Shown here piece by piece: positions 1 through 9,166 of a stretch of DNA of 32,000 nt. The notes under the pieces were generated by a model, which worked only from the letters and a program-made list of their open reading frames with translations, was not told the DNA's origin and ran no database searches. Source of the DNA: Mucisphaera calidilacus (GTDB taxonomy: Bacteria; Planctomycetota; Phycisphaerae; Phycisphaerales; Phycisphaeraceae). Made by a program: the position numbers and the translations under genes. The DNA lies in the NCBI RefSeq assembly GCF_007748075.1, contig NZ_CP036280.1, positions 2,670,001 to 2,702,000 of the forward strand, given 5' to 3'. Position 1 is the first letter of the stretch, and every line of letters begins with the position of its first letter.

Positions 1-1901
1 AGCTGGGTGAAGCGTGTCACCACCTCGGTGAGGTCGGCGTCCTGCAGGTCGCTAAGGAGGATTTCTTCGGTCAGTTTCATGTCTTCGATCCGCTGTATCT
101 GCTGGTTGGTCCGACTGGCCTGCGTGGCGATGTTCGCCCGCGCCGTGTCAATGTCATTCAGGTCATTGCCTATGTTGTCCATAGCAAGCGCGATGCCAGA
201 CGTGTCATCCCCGGTCAACGCGTCGCGTAAATCCATCAGATGGGTGAAAACATTCTCGGCACGAATGGTCGCTGTGTCCCTGCCGGCGATCGCGTTGCCC
301 GCTCCCGCGTTACCCGCGATGCCAAGGTGATCCGCGGTGAGGTTGCTGCCGAGATTGACGACCTCGAAATCGCCGCCACCCGCGGTGTTGTCGGTGATCT
401 CCAGACCGTTGCCGACGGCCTTGAAGCCAACAACAAAATCAACACCAACCGTCAGCCCGGCCGCAGCGGCCTCGTTCTCGATCGCGGTGATCACCTCGCC
501 GACGGTCGTCAGCCCCTCCAGATCAACATCAAAGCTCGTTCCGTCATGAAGACGGAAGCCGATGTCGCTGTAGTTGTTGCCCAGGTCGTCGCTGCCCTCG
601 TTGACGAGCACGCCCATGCCGTTGCGGAAGTCGCTCAGCCGCGTGTCGGCGCTGTAAGAGCGAAGCCCCAGATCGGTCGCCGTCGTGCCCCCGTTCTCAC
701 CGATCGAGAAGCTGACACCCGAGACCTCACTGATCAGGTTGAAGCCGGTCTGGCCGGCGTTGATCTCCAGACGGACGCCGAGATCGAGCGCACGGATGGC
801 GTTGTCGAGATCCTCAACGGTCTCAAGACCGGCCAGCGTGATGGTCTCCGAACGGCTGCCCTGATTGATCACTAGCCCGGAGGCGAAATCGACCGCGACA
901 CCCAGATCAGCGAGCCGGGTGTTCTTGGTCAGCGGCGGATTCAGATCGCCCCCCGCCGTCGGCGGAAAACCGGTATTCGTGATGCTGATGCCCAGGTCGG
1001 CGGCGGAGGTCGCGCCGGGCAGATCGCTGATGGTCACGGGATCGACGCCGGTAGCCTCGAGCGCGAACCCGTTGTTGGTCAGCGTGATCGCCGCGGAGCC
1101 GGGCGTGATGGCGTCGAACGCGGCCGTCAACCGCGTGATGATGTCGTCCGCCGTCTCGCTGCCGGCCAGGTCGATGACCGCCGACGTCGCGCCGACGCTG
1201 ATCTGCACCTGCCCGGGCGTGATGCCCTGACCCCGTGCACCGTCGAGCGTGGCGAGCCGACTCGTGCCGGTCAGCGCCGGGTTGAGATCAACGTTGCTGG
1301 CGACGCGTGTGGTCAGAGCACCGAAAGCATCCGCGCCATTACTGTTGATCTCGCTCGGCCGCGACTGGCCGGTGTCGAGACGCAGACCCGAGTCGGCACC
1401 GAGATAGCGAACACCGCCGAGAAACTCCACGAACGGCTCGTCGATGTCGGTGTAGTCATTGCCCGCGAAGAGCGGAACGCCCAGGATGTCGCGGTTCGCG
1501 ATGGCGATCAGCGCATCGAGCTGCTCGGTGACGACAATCGCCTGCGCCTTGCGGGACTCCGCGTCGGAACCGCCCAGCTCGTTCGCCGCCTCCTGCGCGA
1601 GCGTCCGCGCCTCGAGAACGATCTCCTTGAAGTCCTTGATCGCCTGGTCGGCGGTGTTGAGGACCGAGGCGCTCTCGGCGAGGTTGTCCAACTCCTGATC
1701 GCGTTCGAGCAGCCGTCGTCGCAATGAAAGGATGGAAGACGCCTCACCCGGCGCATCCGAAACGCTGTCGTACTTCAGGCCGGTCGAGAGCTGACGCTGA
1801 AGATCGGCCATATCGACCTGCGTCTTGCGCAGCTGCTCGACAAGGGTGCTGCTCGAGAGCAGGCTGGTCACGCGGCCGCTGGTCGGGTTCACACCGCTCA
1901 T
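1..1901 (-). CDS. flgL: flagellar hook-filament junction protein FlgL (hook-associated protein 3); 3' end cut by the window edge
   Basis: Absent from the ORF track because no stop lies inside the window. Hand translation of the minus strand: ATG at 1901-1899, frame open for all 633 codons down to position 3 (I checked every codon for tta/cta/tca). N-terminus is MSGVNPTSGRVTSLLSSSTLVEQLRKTQVDMADLQRQLSTGLKY. The last visible residues are ...ANIATQASRTNQQIQRIEDMKLTEEILLSDLQDADLTEVVTRFTQ. These are flagellin-type terminal helices typical of FlgL, and the gene lies directly downstream of flgK. Confidence 0.85.
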   Translation of the reverse strand, partial: MSGVNPTSGRVTSLLSSSTLVEQLRKTQVDMADLQRQLSTGLKYDSVSDAPGEASSILSLRRRLLERDQELDNLAESASVLNTADQAIKDFKEIVLEARTLAQEAANELGGSDAESRKAQAIVVTEQLDALIAIANRDILGVPLFAGNDYTDIDEPFVEFLGGVRYLGADSGLRLDTGQSRPSEINSNGADAFGALTTRVASNVDLNPALTGTSRLATLDGARGQGITPGQVQISVGATSAVIDLAGSETADDIITRLTAAFDAITPGSAAITLTNNGFALEATGVDPVTISDLPGATSAADLGISITNTGFPPTAGGDLNPPLTKNTRLADLGVAVDFASGLVINQGSRSETITLAGLETVEDLDNAIRALDLGVRLEINAGQTGFNLISEVSGVSFSIGENGGTTATDLGLRSYSADTRLSDFRNGMGVLVNEGSDDLGNNYSDIGFRLHDGTSFDVDLEGLTTVGEVITAIENEAAAAGLTVGVDFVVGFKAVGNGLEITDNTAGGGDFEVVNLGSNLTADHLGIAGNAGAGNAIAGRDTATIRAENVFTHLMDLRDALTGDDTSGIALAMDNIGNDLNDIDTARANIATQASRTNQQIQRIEDMKLTEEILLSDLQDADLTEVVTRFTQ

Positions 1902-1959
1902 GGCATGTTCCTTTCACGGGCTGTACGGCGTGCTGAGTTCATGACTGGCTTTCGCGTGC

Positions 1960-3702
1960 TCAAACGAGCCCGAGCAGGGTCTGGATCAGTTCGTCGGTCA
2001 CGCTGATAAAGCGTGCACTGGCCTGGAACGAACGCTGGTACTGAATGAGGTCGATGGTCTCTTCGTCAACGTTGACGCCCGACAGTTCCTGCCGCTGAGC
2101 CTCGAGCGACTGGCGGACGAGCGTGTCCGCCTCCGCCTGCTGGCCCGTCGCGCTCAAACGCGACGCGTAGTCGGCGACGTGGTCGGTCCAGAAGTCGCTC
2201 AGACTCCGCCCGTTGAGCGCCTCGATCGGCGTGCTGCCCAGTTCCGCGATCGACAACGCGTTCTCGTTCGCTCCCAGCGGGTCACTCAGCGAATGCTGCC
2301 GCCCTGCGGCGATCAGGCGCGGGTCGTCCTGGAGCGCCTGGTTGACGCCGATGTCCGCGGCACTCGACCCGGTGAAATAACTGTTGACGCCAAGCGTCGC
2401 CAGCACACCCGACGAATCATCGCTGAAGCTGATCGTGGCCGAGTCGGAGCCCGCGGTGATCTGCAGCCGGCCGTCGGCCGTCGCCGACGCACTGATCATG
2501 CCGGCCAGACGCGAGGCGGGATCATTGATCTGCGCGATGAGCGTGTTCAGCGTGGTGTCGTTGCCGTTGAGACCATCAAGATCGATGTTGATCTGCTGGG
2601 TCGTGGTGACGCCGTTCTGCTCAACGTGGATCTGGAACGACCCGTGCACCGGCGTGAAATCGAGACCGGCCGCGGGATCGTTAAGCGACGCGTCCGCATC
2701 CAACACCTTGTTGGCACCGGTGACCGAGGACGAGCCAACGAGCCCCTGACCGGTGCTGTGCAGCTTGTTGACCTCGAAGATCAACTCCCTGGCGAGGTTG
2801 TCGAGCGTGTCGACGGCCTCCTGCCAGTCTTCCTGACGAAACGTGATCTGGGCACCGAGCTTGCCGGTCGTGGCATTGACACGCTGGCCGTCATCCTTGA
2901 TCACGACGTGGACGTCGGCGGCACTCTGACCGATGCCGTTCTCAAGCGTCAGCCCACGGCTGTCGCCATTGAGAACCAAAGGCGTCGAGCCGACGAAGAC
3001 ATCAACCTCGCCGTTACCCAACTCGTTGGTGGAGATATCGAGATACGTCGCGAGCTCGGTCAGCAGGACGTCACGCTGATCCCGCAGCGCCGAAGCACCC
3101 TGACCCCGACCCGACTCCTGCAGCGCGATGCTCTCGTTGATCTGCTCGACCTGGGTCAGCAGGCTGTCAACGGCATTGACGCTGTCGATGATCGCAAGAT
3201 CGACCTGCTCACGCTGCGCAGTCAGCTCAAGCCGGATCTGCCGGAGGTGGTCCGCCGCGATCTGCCCCTCGTTCACCACGTCAGAACGCAGCGCCGTGCT
3301 CGGCTCCGACGTCGAACCGGGATTGGCCGCGAGCGAACTCCACGACGCAAAAAAGTCGGTCAGCCGCGAGGTGATGCTGATCTCGGAAAGCTCGTTGTGA
3401 ACCGACTCGACCTGCTCGAGCAACTCCTGACGCTCGAGCGATCCCGACTGATTCGCCACCGAGCCGCGGAGACGCGTCTCCAGCGCCTCATCAACAAGAC
3501 GCGTGATCGACTGCAGCTGCACGCCACGCCCGACAAAAATACCGTTGAGGATCTCCTGATCACCAACCGGACTGAGACTGACCTTGGAACGGTGATAACC
3601 CTCGGTACCGACGTTGGCCAGGTTGTTACCAACCGCCTGCAACGCCGACTGCGAGGCGAGGATGCCGGACTTGCCGATCTGTAAGGCGTTGGTCAGTCCC
3701 AT
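1960..3702 (-). CDS. flgK: flagellar hook-associated protein 1 FlgK
   Basis: 580-aa ORF. N-terminus MGLTNALQIGKSGILASQSALQAVGNNLANVGTEGYHR and C-terminus ...IQYQRSFQASARFISVTDELIQTLLGLV are the conserved FlgK/rod-hook family termini. It sits between the flgN-like gene and flgL. Confidence 0.95.
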   Translation of the reverse strand: MGLTNALQIGKSGILASQSALQAVGNNLANVGTEGYHRSKVSLSPVGDQEILNGIFVGRGVQLQSITRLVDEALETRLRGSVANQSGSLERQELLEQVESVHNELSEISITSRLTDFFASWSSLAANPGSTSEPSTALRSDVVNEGQIAADHLRQIRLELTAQREQVDLAIIDSVNAVDSLLTQVEQINESIALQESGRGQGASALRDQRDVLLTELATYLDISTNELGNGEVDVFVGSTPLVLNGDSRGLTLENGIGQSAADVHVVIKDDGQRVNATTGKLGAQITFRQEDWQEAVDTLDNLARELIFEVNKLHSTGQGLVGSSSVTGANKVLDADASLNDPAAGLDFTPVHGSFQIHVEQNGVTTTQQINIDLDGLNGNDTTLNTLIAQINDPASRLAGMISASATADGRLQITAGSDSATISFSDDSSGVLATLGVNSYFTGSSAADIGVNQALQDDPRLIAAGRQHSLSDPLGANENALSIAELGSTPIEALNGRSLSDFWTDHVADYASRLSATGQQAEADTLVRQSLEAQRQELSGVNVDEETIDLIQYQRSFQASARFISVTDELIQTLLGLV

Positions 3703-3709
3703 GGTTCTC

Positions 3710-4228
3710 TCAGGCGGTCATGCTGAAGGTGCTGAGGGTCGTCCGCGCGGCCTGGGGCGGCCGCCCGGCGCTGGTGTAAGTCGCCACCCCGGCGGCGGCT
3801 GCGACAACTGTCTCCATCACGCCATTGACGTGCCGGAGGATCGACTCGGAAGCCTGACGAACCGACCCGAGTTGCTCGCGGAAGCGTTTCATCTCGGCAC
3901 GCAGGTCCTGGCGGAGCCGCAGGAGCCGATCGCGCGTCGCCTCCGGCAGCAGCTGCGCCAACTCCACCAGACGCATCGGCTCGCGCGCGTCAGGACGGAA
4001 CACCTGCGTCAGCTCACCCAGAAGCATCAGCCGTCTCTTCTCCATCTCGCCCATCGCCGCGAGATGATCCTTCTCCTGCGTCGTCAGCGCCGCCATCAGC
4101 TTGCGATCGCCGCGACGCATCGCGCCTGTCTTCTGCTCGAAGACGGCGAGCCAGAGCCGCTGACGCTCGATCATGCTGATGAGCAACGCCTCAAGCTCGG
4201 TCACGCATCGGGTGACGTGGTTATCCAT
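3710..4228 (-). CDS. flgN: FlgN-like flagellar export chaperone
   Basis: Track ORF 3710-4285 trimmed to ATG 4228 (MDNHVTRCVTELEALLISMIERQ...), which overlaps the upstream stop by 8 nt. It is a ~170-aa helical protein with a FlgN-like pattern (LEALLxxxxERQ..., EKRRLMLLGEL). It lies immediately upstream of flgK-flgL, the known FlgN clients. Confidence 0.7.
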   Translation of the reverse strand: MDNHVTRCVTELEALLISMIERQRLWLAVFEQKTGAMRRGDRKLMAALTTQEKDHLAAMGEMEKRRLMLLGELTQVFRPDAREPMRLVELAQLLPEATRDRLLRLRQDLRAEMKRFREQLGSVRQASESILRHVNGVMETVVAAAAGVATYTSAGRPPQAARTTLSTFSMTA

Positions 4229-4637
4229 GGACGTCGATCTCCCTGGCCCCAGAGGCAGGAGCCGACTGAACCGGCACACGGCCACCCATCAGCTGATGGA
4301 CAAGCTGGTCCACGATGGGCCAGTTCGAAGCCTTCGCCATTCGCATGGCCATCAGGTTGTCGAGCTGCGCTCCGAACATGTCGCCGGCCATGCCGCCCGA
4401 GAACATCTCGCTCTTGAACGGGCCGTTACGCACCTGCTGCAGGATGGGCTCGATGAACATCCCCGAGACCAGCTTCTCGGACGCCTCACGCACCGCGGAT
4501 TCCATCTCGGCAACGTTCTGGACACGGCCGGCACGCTGGAGCAACTCAACAAAGCTCGCATCATTCGCGCGGGCCTCGGCCGAGGTGGACGAGGCGCTCG
4601 CGTGCGTGAGCTGGGTCGCGGGATCGACGGTGATCAT
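4221..4637 (-). CDS. flagellar rod-binding protein (FlgJ N-terminal domain only, no hydrolase domain)
   Basis: 138 aa. EKLVSGMFIEPILQQVRNGPFKSEMFSGGMAGDMFGAQLDNLMAMRMAKASNWPIVDQLVHQL fits the Rod_binding/FlgJ N-domain pattern. ATGA overlap with the flgI stop. Confidence 0.72.
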   Translation of the reverse strand: MITVDPATQLTHASASSTSAEARANDASFVELLQRAGRVQNVAEMESAVREASEKLVSGMFIEPILQQVRNGPFKSEMFSGGMAGDMFGAQLDNLMAMRMAKASNWPIVDQLVHQLMGGRVPVQSAPASGAREIDVHG

Positions 4638-5728
4638 TCGTACACCACCTTCGCGTGCAGACGCTTGGCCTTCTCGAGCGTGCGGATAATCGCGATGCGG
4701 TCGGCCGCCGGAACCTTGAGCTGATTGAACGCCTCGACCAGGTCGGCCAGCTTGGGGTTGGGCCGGTCGGAAGGGTCGAGCGCGAGCACGTGCTGCTGCT
4801 CGATCAGCGGCTGAGCGGGATTCGGGATCGGCTCGGGCGTGATCCGCTGGATCGACATCCCGCCGTGCGAGATGCCCGCGGGCGAGATCTCCACCTCGTC
4901 GGTAAACACGATCGTCCCGGTCTTCTCGTTGACCACCACCAGCGCCCCCGGCGCGATGAAGTCGCGATCGATGTGGGTGTCGAGAATCGGGCTGAGGAAA
5001 CGGACGATGTTGGACCGCTCCGAAGGCGGGACCTGGATGATGATCGTCTTGGCATTGAGGGGGTGAGCCACAGGGTCGCCATCAGGCGAGACCAGCCCGC
5101 TGATGACGTTGGCGATGTTGTTGGCCAGCTGAAACGAGGCGTGCTCGGGGTTGATGATCAGCGTCACACGCCCCTGCCGGTCCATGTACTGCGGGCTCAG
5201 GGTGACCGCGGCGATTGCCCCGTCGTAGATGATGCCCGTCGCCGGGTTCTCAATGTCCTCCACCGTGACCATGCCCGAGGCAAAGGCCAGCGGCTCGGTC
5301 ACGACGTCGCGACGCGGGCCCACCATCGGGACCATGAACAGACGCCCGCCCACCAGACTGGATGCAGGGCCGGCAGCGGCGACACGGACATCGAGCGGGT
5401 CGCCACGCGAGATCCCGTTCTCCGGCACAATCGCCTCCAGATATACCATCGCGACGTTGTTGGCGTTGCGCAGCTCGTCCGCCACAACGTTCGGGTCGCC
5501 GAGCGTGCCGATGATCTCGGCGAGCTGACGCATCGAGGGCAAGAAACGACCGCCATCACCCGTGCCGGTCAGGCCGAAGACCAGACCCATGCCCACGATC
5601 TTGCTGCTCTCGGCGCCGTGCACACGCACCAGATCACCGATACGCGTTGCCTGCACAGGGAGTACGAGCGTGAGCAGCGCGATCAGGCAGACGACCACGC
5701 GAACGGTTTTAGAAGTCAAATATGGCAT
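4634..5728 (-). CDS. flgI: flagellar P-ring protein FlgI
   Basis: Track ORF 4634-5926 trimmed to ATG 5728 (MPYLTSKTVRVVVCLIALLTLVLPVQATRIGDLVRV...). This gives a signal peptide followed by the conserved FlgI start. The GMGLVFGLTGTGDG motif is present. The discarded N-terminal 66 aa are Arg/Ser/Thr-rich and lie inside flgH. Confidence 0.95.
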   Translation of the reverse strand: MPYLTSKTVRVVVCLIALLTLVLPVQATRIGDLVRVHGAESSKIVGMGLVFGLTGTGDGGRFLPSMRQLAEIIGTLGDPNVVADELRNANNVAMVYLEAIVPENGISRGDPLDVRVAAAGPASSLVGGRLFMVPMVGPRRDVVTEPLAFASGMVTVEDIENPATGIIYDGAIAAVTLSPQYMDRQGRVTLIINPEHASFQLANNIANVISGLVSPDGDPVAHPLNAKTIIIQVPPSERSNIVRFLSPILDTHIDRDFIAPGALVVVNEKTGTIVFTDEVEISPAGISHGGMSIQRITPEPIPNPAQPLIEQQHVLALDPSDRPNPKLADLVEAFNQLKVPAADRIAIIRTLEKAKRLHAKVVYE

Positions 5729-6446
5729 CGAAGGTCCTCGAAATCCAGCCTTTTTCGTTGGTGTCGCGCAGCTTCCCGCTGTGCTCCTTGCGCACGTGGA
5801 GCCCGTAGAGCTGGTCGGTCTCGATCGTGTTGCGGGCGGTGATGTCCTGGGCACGCGCCGTGCCCGAAACCACGATCGTGACGACCTCGTCGTCGGTCTG
5901 GATATGATCGCGCGCCTCAAGCACAAGCGTCGCGTTGGGCTTGACGTCGATCACACGCGCCATCACCCGACCGGTCATGGTGTCCGTGCGGTTGTAGTCG
6001 CCCTCACCCGAGAACTCGCGGCTGTACTGGGCCGCGACACCCGGCTGCGTGTTGAAGTTGTTCATCCGCATCTGGAGGTCGATCAGATCACTCAGGCGCA
6101 GGTCAGGCAACTTGTCGATGCTCGCGTCCACCGAGGCCTCCTTCTCGGTCTCGGAGGACTGCTCCGCGGTGTTGCTGAACGACTCTCGCACGATGATCAT
6201 CACCAGGTCGTTGATCTGAAACCGCCGGATGTCAGGCGTCTCGAGCGCCGCGTAGCTGGCCATCGACACACCCTGATGCAGTTGCTTCTGACCGTCCTGC
6301 CGCTTCGGCGCCTCAGGCGTCAGAATGCGAACCGGCTGCGGCGCATAAAGGAATGAACCGAGATGCTCCTGATCCTCAACCTGCTCCTGCCCGGCCAGCG
6401 GTGAAGCGATCAGCAACGCGAACGCGAGGGCCGCGGTGGTTCTCAT
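5709..6446 (-). CDS. flgH: flagellar L-ring protein FlgH
   Basis: 245 aa with a signal peptide MRTTAALAFALLIASPLAG. The conserved FlgH core is present (NDLVMIIVRES..., GEGDYNRTDTMTGRVMARVIDVKPNATLVLEA..., VVSGTARAQDI). ATGA overlap with the flgA stop. Confidence 0.9.
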   Translation of the reverse strand: MRTTAALAFALLIASPLAGQEQVEDQEHLGSFLYAPQPVRILTPEAPKRQDGQKQLHQGVSMASYAALETPDIRRFQINDLVMIIVRESFSNTAEQSSETEKEASVDASIDKLPDLRLSDLIDLQMRMNNFNTQPGVAAQYSREFSGEGDYNRTDTMTGRVMARVIDVKPNATLVLEARDHIQTDDEVVTIVVSGTARAQDITARNTIETDQLYGLHVRKEHSGKLRDTNEKGWISRTFDAIFDF

Positions 6447-7537
6447 GGCGTGGCTCCTGAAGCGAGCGTCCCGGGCATCTCGATCAGCACGCGACGCCTG
6501 CCGATGATCGTGGCCTGGAACAACTCGCCGGACGACGGATTGCGGAGATAGACCACGTCGCCCATCACGCCGGAATCGCGGGCGATGGCGGGGGTCTCGA
6601 TCTTGACCGCACCAATACGGCAGATCACGGTCACCAGGTCGTTGCGCCGCACAAGCTCCTGAGCGATCACATCCTCGGGCGTGATCGGCTGACCGGCGGC
6701 AAGCGAGCGGCCGGCAAGCAGGCCGCCAAGCTGTGACGGATCGACGTAGTAACGCTCGGTGTCAAGCTCAACCTCAACGGTGCGCCGTTCAAGGTCCATC
6801 GGGCGGATCACGTCGCCACGCTGCAAGGGGTTGACGGCGACCACAACCTCAGCCCGGCGCGCCAGCCGCATACGGACCTGCCTCGGCCGAACACTGATAT
6901 CCGCCGTCTGACGCGTGAACGTGGCCGTCCAGACCTGGTGCGACGGCTCCAGATCAACGCGGTAACGCTGGCCGATCAAAGGCGTCTCCAGAAACCGCTG
7001 ATCGCGTGGCGTCACGGCGATCACCAGCGACTCCGCCGGCACATCCACCCGCTCGGTGACCTCCAGCGTCAGCAGGTCATAAAGCGTCCGCGGCTGTGAA
7101 ATGTCCAGCGTCACCTCGGTGTTGACCGCGCTGGCAATCGTCGGCGCGGGGTCGGGCGCGACAAACTGAGTCGAGGCGTACGCCGAATCCGTGCCGCCGA
7201 CCGGAGGCTCCTGCTCCGCGGGCGTGCGGTAGACCGTGACGCTCAGATAGCCCGTGAGATTCAGCGTCGACCAGTTCGTGCCCGCCTGATCGAGACGCTG
7301 CTGAACCTGATCGATCGTGACCCTGACCTCTTGCTGGCCATCCTCAAATCGAGCCACCTCGGTGTCGGCCAACGCCTCGGCGGCCGCACCCGCCAGCTCG
7401 GCGACCTGCCCCAGCGTCACGCCCGGACCCGACGACCCGCCCTCGCGGTTCAGGCGGATCACATCGGCCGTCGCCGTGCCCGCGACGAGTAGAATCATCA
7501 TCGCGAGGAGCCGGGTTGTCATGCCGTTGCGTGTCAC
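6443..7537 (-). CDS. flgA: flagellar basal-body P-ring formation chaperone FlgA
   Basis: 364 aa, GTG start with AAGGA 9 nt upstream, and a signal peptide. The C-terminal SAF/FlgA region is present (GDVIRPMDL..., LAAGQPITPEDV..., VRRNDLVTVICRIGAVKIETPAIARDSGVMGDVVYLRN). It sits between flgG and flgH. Confidence 0.8.
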   Translation of the reverse strand: MTRNGMTTRLLAMMILLVAGTATADVIRLNREGGSSGPGVTLGQVAELAGAAAEALADTEVARFEDGQQEVRVTIDQVQQRLDQAGTNWSTLNLTGYLSVTVYRTPAEQEPPVGGTDSAYASTQFVAPDPAPTIASAVNTEVTLDISQPRTLYDLLTLEVTERVDVPAESLVIAVTPRDQRFLETPLIGQRYRVDLEPSHQVWTATFTRQTADISVRPRQVRMRLARRAEVVVAVNPLQRGDVIRPMDLERRTVEVELDTERYYVDPSQLGGLLAGRSLAAGQPITPEDVIAQELVRRNDLVTVICRIGAVKIETPAIARDSGVMGDVVYLRNPSSGELFQATIIGRRRVLIEMPGTLASGATP

Positions 7538-7559
7538 GCTGCCGTGTCCTTACTCAGGC

Positions 7560-8366
7560 TCAGAACCTGCGGAGATTGCCGACGACCTCAAGCGCGCTGT
7601 CCGCGGCCTGGATGGTCTGACTGTTCAGTTCGAAAGCACGCTGGGTCTTGATCAGCGAAACCAGCTCGCGAACCATGTTGACGTTCGAGTTCTCGATAAA
7701 TCCCTGCTCGATCGTGCCGAGGTTCCCCTCGCCGGGCGTGCCCTGCACCGGCGGACCCGAAGCCGCCGTCTCGACATAAATGTTGCCGCCGATCGACTTG
7801 AGACCCGCCGAGTTGATGAAGTTGGTCAGCTGGATCTGACCGATCTCCTGCAAGTCGTTCTCCGGGTCCACGGCATACACCGTCCCGTCCGAAGCCACCT
7901 CCACACTTACTGTTCCCTCGGGGATCGTGATGCCAGGCACCAGCCGGTAGCCGTCACGCGTCCCCAGGACCATCTCGCCGTCAGCGTTGACGTTGAAGTT
8001 GCCGGCTCGGGTGAAGCCGACGCCGCCGCCGTCCTCGGTCACAATCTCAACCTCAAAAAACCCCGCGCCCGCGATCATCAGATCGAGATCCTGCTCCGTC
8101 TCGATCGGCGACCCGGGGCTGAAGTCGTACTGCGTGTTCGAAACCTTCACACCAAGACCAACCTGCAGACCGGCCGGCCGCTGATCGCCATTGGCGTTCT
8201 CAACACCCGGCTGCTCGCGGTGCTCGTAGATGAGGTCCTCGAAGTTCACACGCGAAGACTTGAAGCCGGGCGTGTTGACGTTCGCCAGGTTGTTGGCGAT
8301 GACGTCCAGACTCGTCGAGAGACTGGTGAGTCCCGTGGCGGCGGAGTGGAGGGCAATCACGGCCAT
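7560..8366 (-). CDS. flgG: flagellar distal rod protein FlgG
   Basis: 268 aa. N-terminus is MAVIALHSAATGLTSLSTSLDVIANNLANVNTPGFK. Also carries FTRAGNFNVNADGEMV and the C-terminal IENSNVNMVRELVSLIKTQRAFELNSQTIQAADSAL. Confidence 0.93.
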   Translation of the reverse strand: MAVIALHSAATGLTSLSTSLDVIANNLANVNTPGFKSSRVNFEDLIYEHREQPGVENANGDQRPAGLQVGLGVKVSNTQYDFSPGSPIETEQDLDLMIAGAGFFEVEIVTEDGGGVGFTRAGNFNVNADGEMVLGTRDGYRLVPGITIPEGTVSVEVASDGTVYAVDPENDLQEIGQIQLTNFINSAGLKSIGGNIYVETAASGPPVQGTPGEGNLGTIEQGFIENSNVNMVRELVSLIKTQRAFELNSQTIQAADSALEVVGNLRRF

Positions 8367-8386
8367 GCTGAGGGTTCTCCGTGCTT

Positions 8387-9166
8387 TCAGGCCACGCGGC
8401 CGAAGGTGTTGACCGCGCGGTCCATGACCATGTCGTGGTAGCGGATCATGTTGGAATTGCTGTTCGCCGACTTCGTCGCCTGGGTCACACGCATCAACGC
8501 GTGGAACATGTTGACCCCCGAGGTCTCGAGATAGCCGGAACGCACGTAAGGCTCGGCCAGAATCTCACGCGCCTCAGGGTCCTGAAGACGCATCAGGTTC
8601 CCGCCGGCCATCGTGATCTCCGACTTGTTCGTGACACGCATCACCTGGATCTGGTCGACCACCTCGCCGTCCTGAACAATCTCGCCGATGTCGTTGATCT
8701 CGGTGTTCGGCGACTCGCTCAGGTAGATCGGCCGGTCACCCTGATTCAGCACCCTTCGCCCGTTGACCGTCACCAGCTCGCCAAGATGATTGATCGAGAA
8801 GTTGCCGGCACGCGTCAGCAGAAAACCCGCCTCGCCGGTCTCCGCATCGACGTCCTCGACGGCGAAGAACTGATCCTCCTCGCCCAGCATCACGTCAAGA
8901 CCGCGACCGGTCTCCTCCGCCTGCCCGCGTGCGAACGACACACGCTGCGGCGCCGCAAGCACACCGCCACCCAGCCGTTCGAGCAGATGATGAGCGACAT
9001 CGGGACCGAAACCATCCTCGATACGCTCGGGATCACGCTGCATGATCTCGGGAACGACCGGCTTGAAGCCCGTGGTGGCCACGTTCGCGAGGTTGTTGGC
9101 AAAGACATCTTGACGATACATGTTCGTCAGGAGGCCTGAGGTAGAGAGATACAGGCCGTAGTTCAT
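8387..9166 (-). CDS. flgF: flagellar proximal rod protein FlgF
   Basis: 259 aa. N-terminus is MNYGLYLSTSGLLTNMYRQDVFANNLANVATTGFK; also carries LTRAGNFSINHLGELV. Strong SD GGAGGTGA lies 5 nt upstream. The gene precedes flgG. Confidence 0.85.
   Translation of the reverse strand: MNYGLYLSTSGLLTNMYRQDVFANNLANVATTGFKPVVPEIMQRDPERIEDGFGPDVAHHLLERLGGGVLAAPQRVSFARGQAEETGRGLDVMLGEEDQFFAVEDVDAETGEAGFLLTRAGNFSINHLGELVTVNGRRVLNQGDRPIYLSESPNTEINDIGEIVQDGEVVDQIQVMRVTNKSEITMAGGNLMRLQDPEAREILAEPYVRSGYLETSGVNMFHALMRVTQATKSANSNSNMIRYHDMVMDRAVNTFGRVA

Noticed and set aside
2179-3684. 501-aa plus-strand ORF covering almost all of flgK
   Set aside because: It is an antisense shadow of a well-supported gene. 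The product is Arg/Leu/Asp/Gln-rich low complexity with no motifs. Long stop-free antisense frames are expected at this GC content.
4634-5926. N-terminally extended track ORFs: flgI to 5926, flgN to 4285, ispA to 14197, ftsW to 16645, orf64 to 17288, secreted protein from 18555, purM to 27449, fur from 26682
   Set aside because: The extensions overlap neighbouring genes or promoters, are Arg/Ser/Pro-rich, and lack an SD. In each case an internal start gives the family-typical N-terminus, signal peptide or SD spacing.
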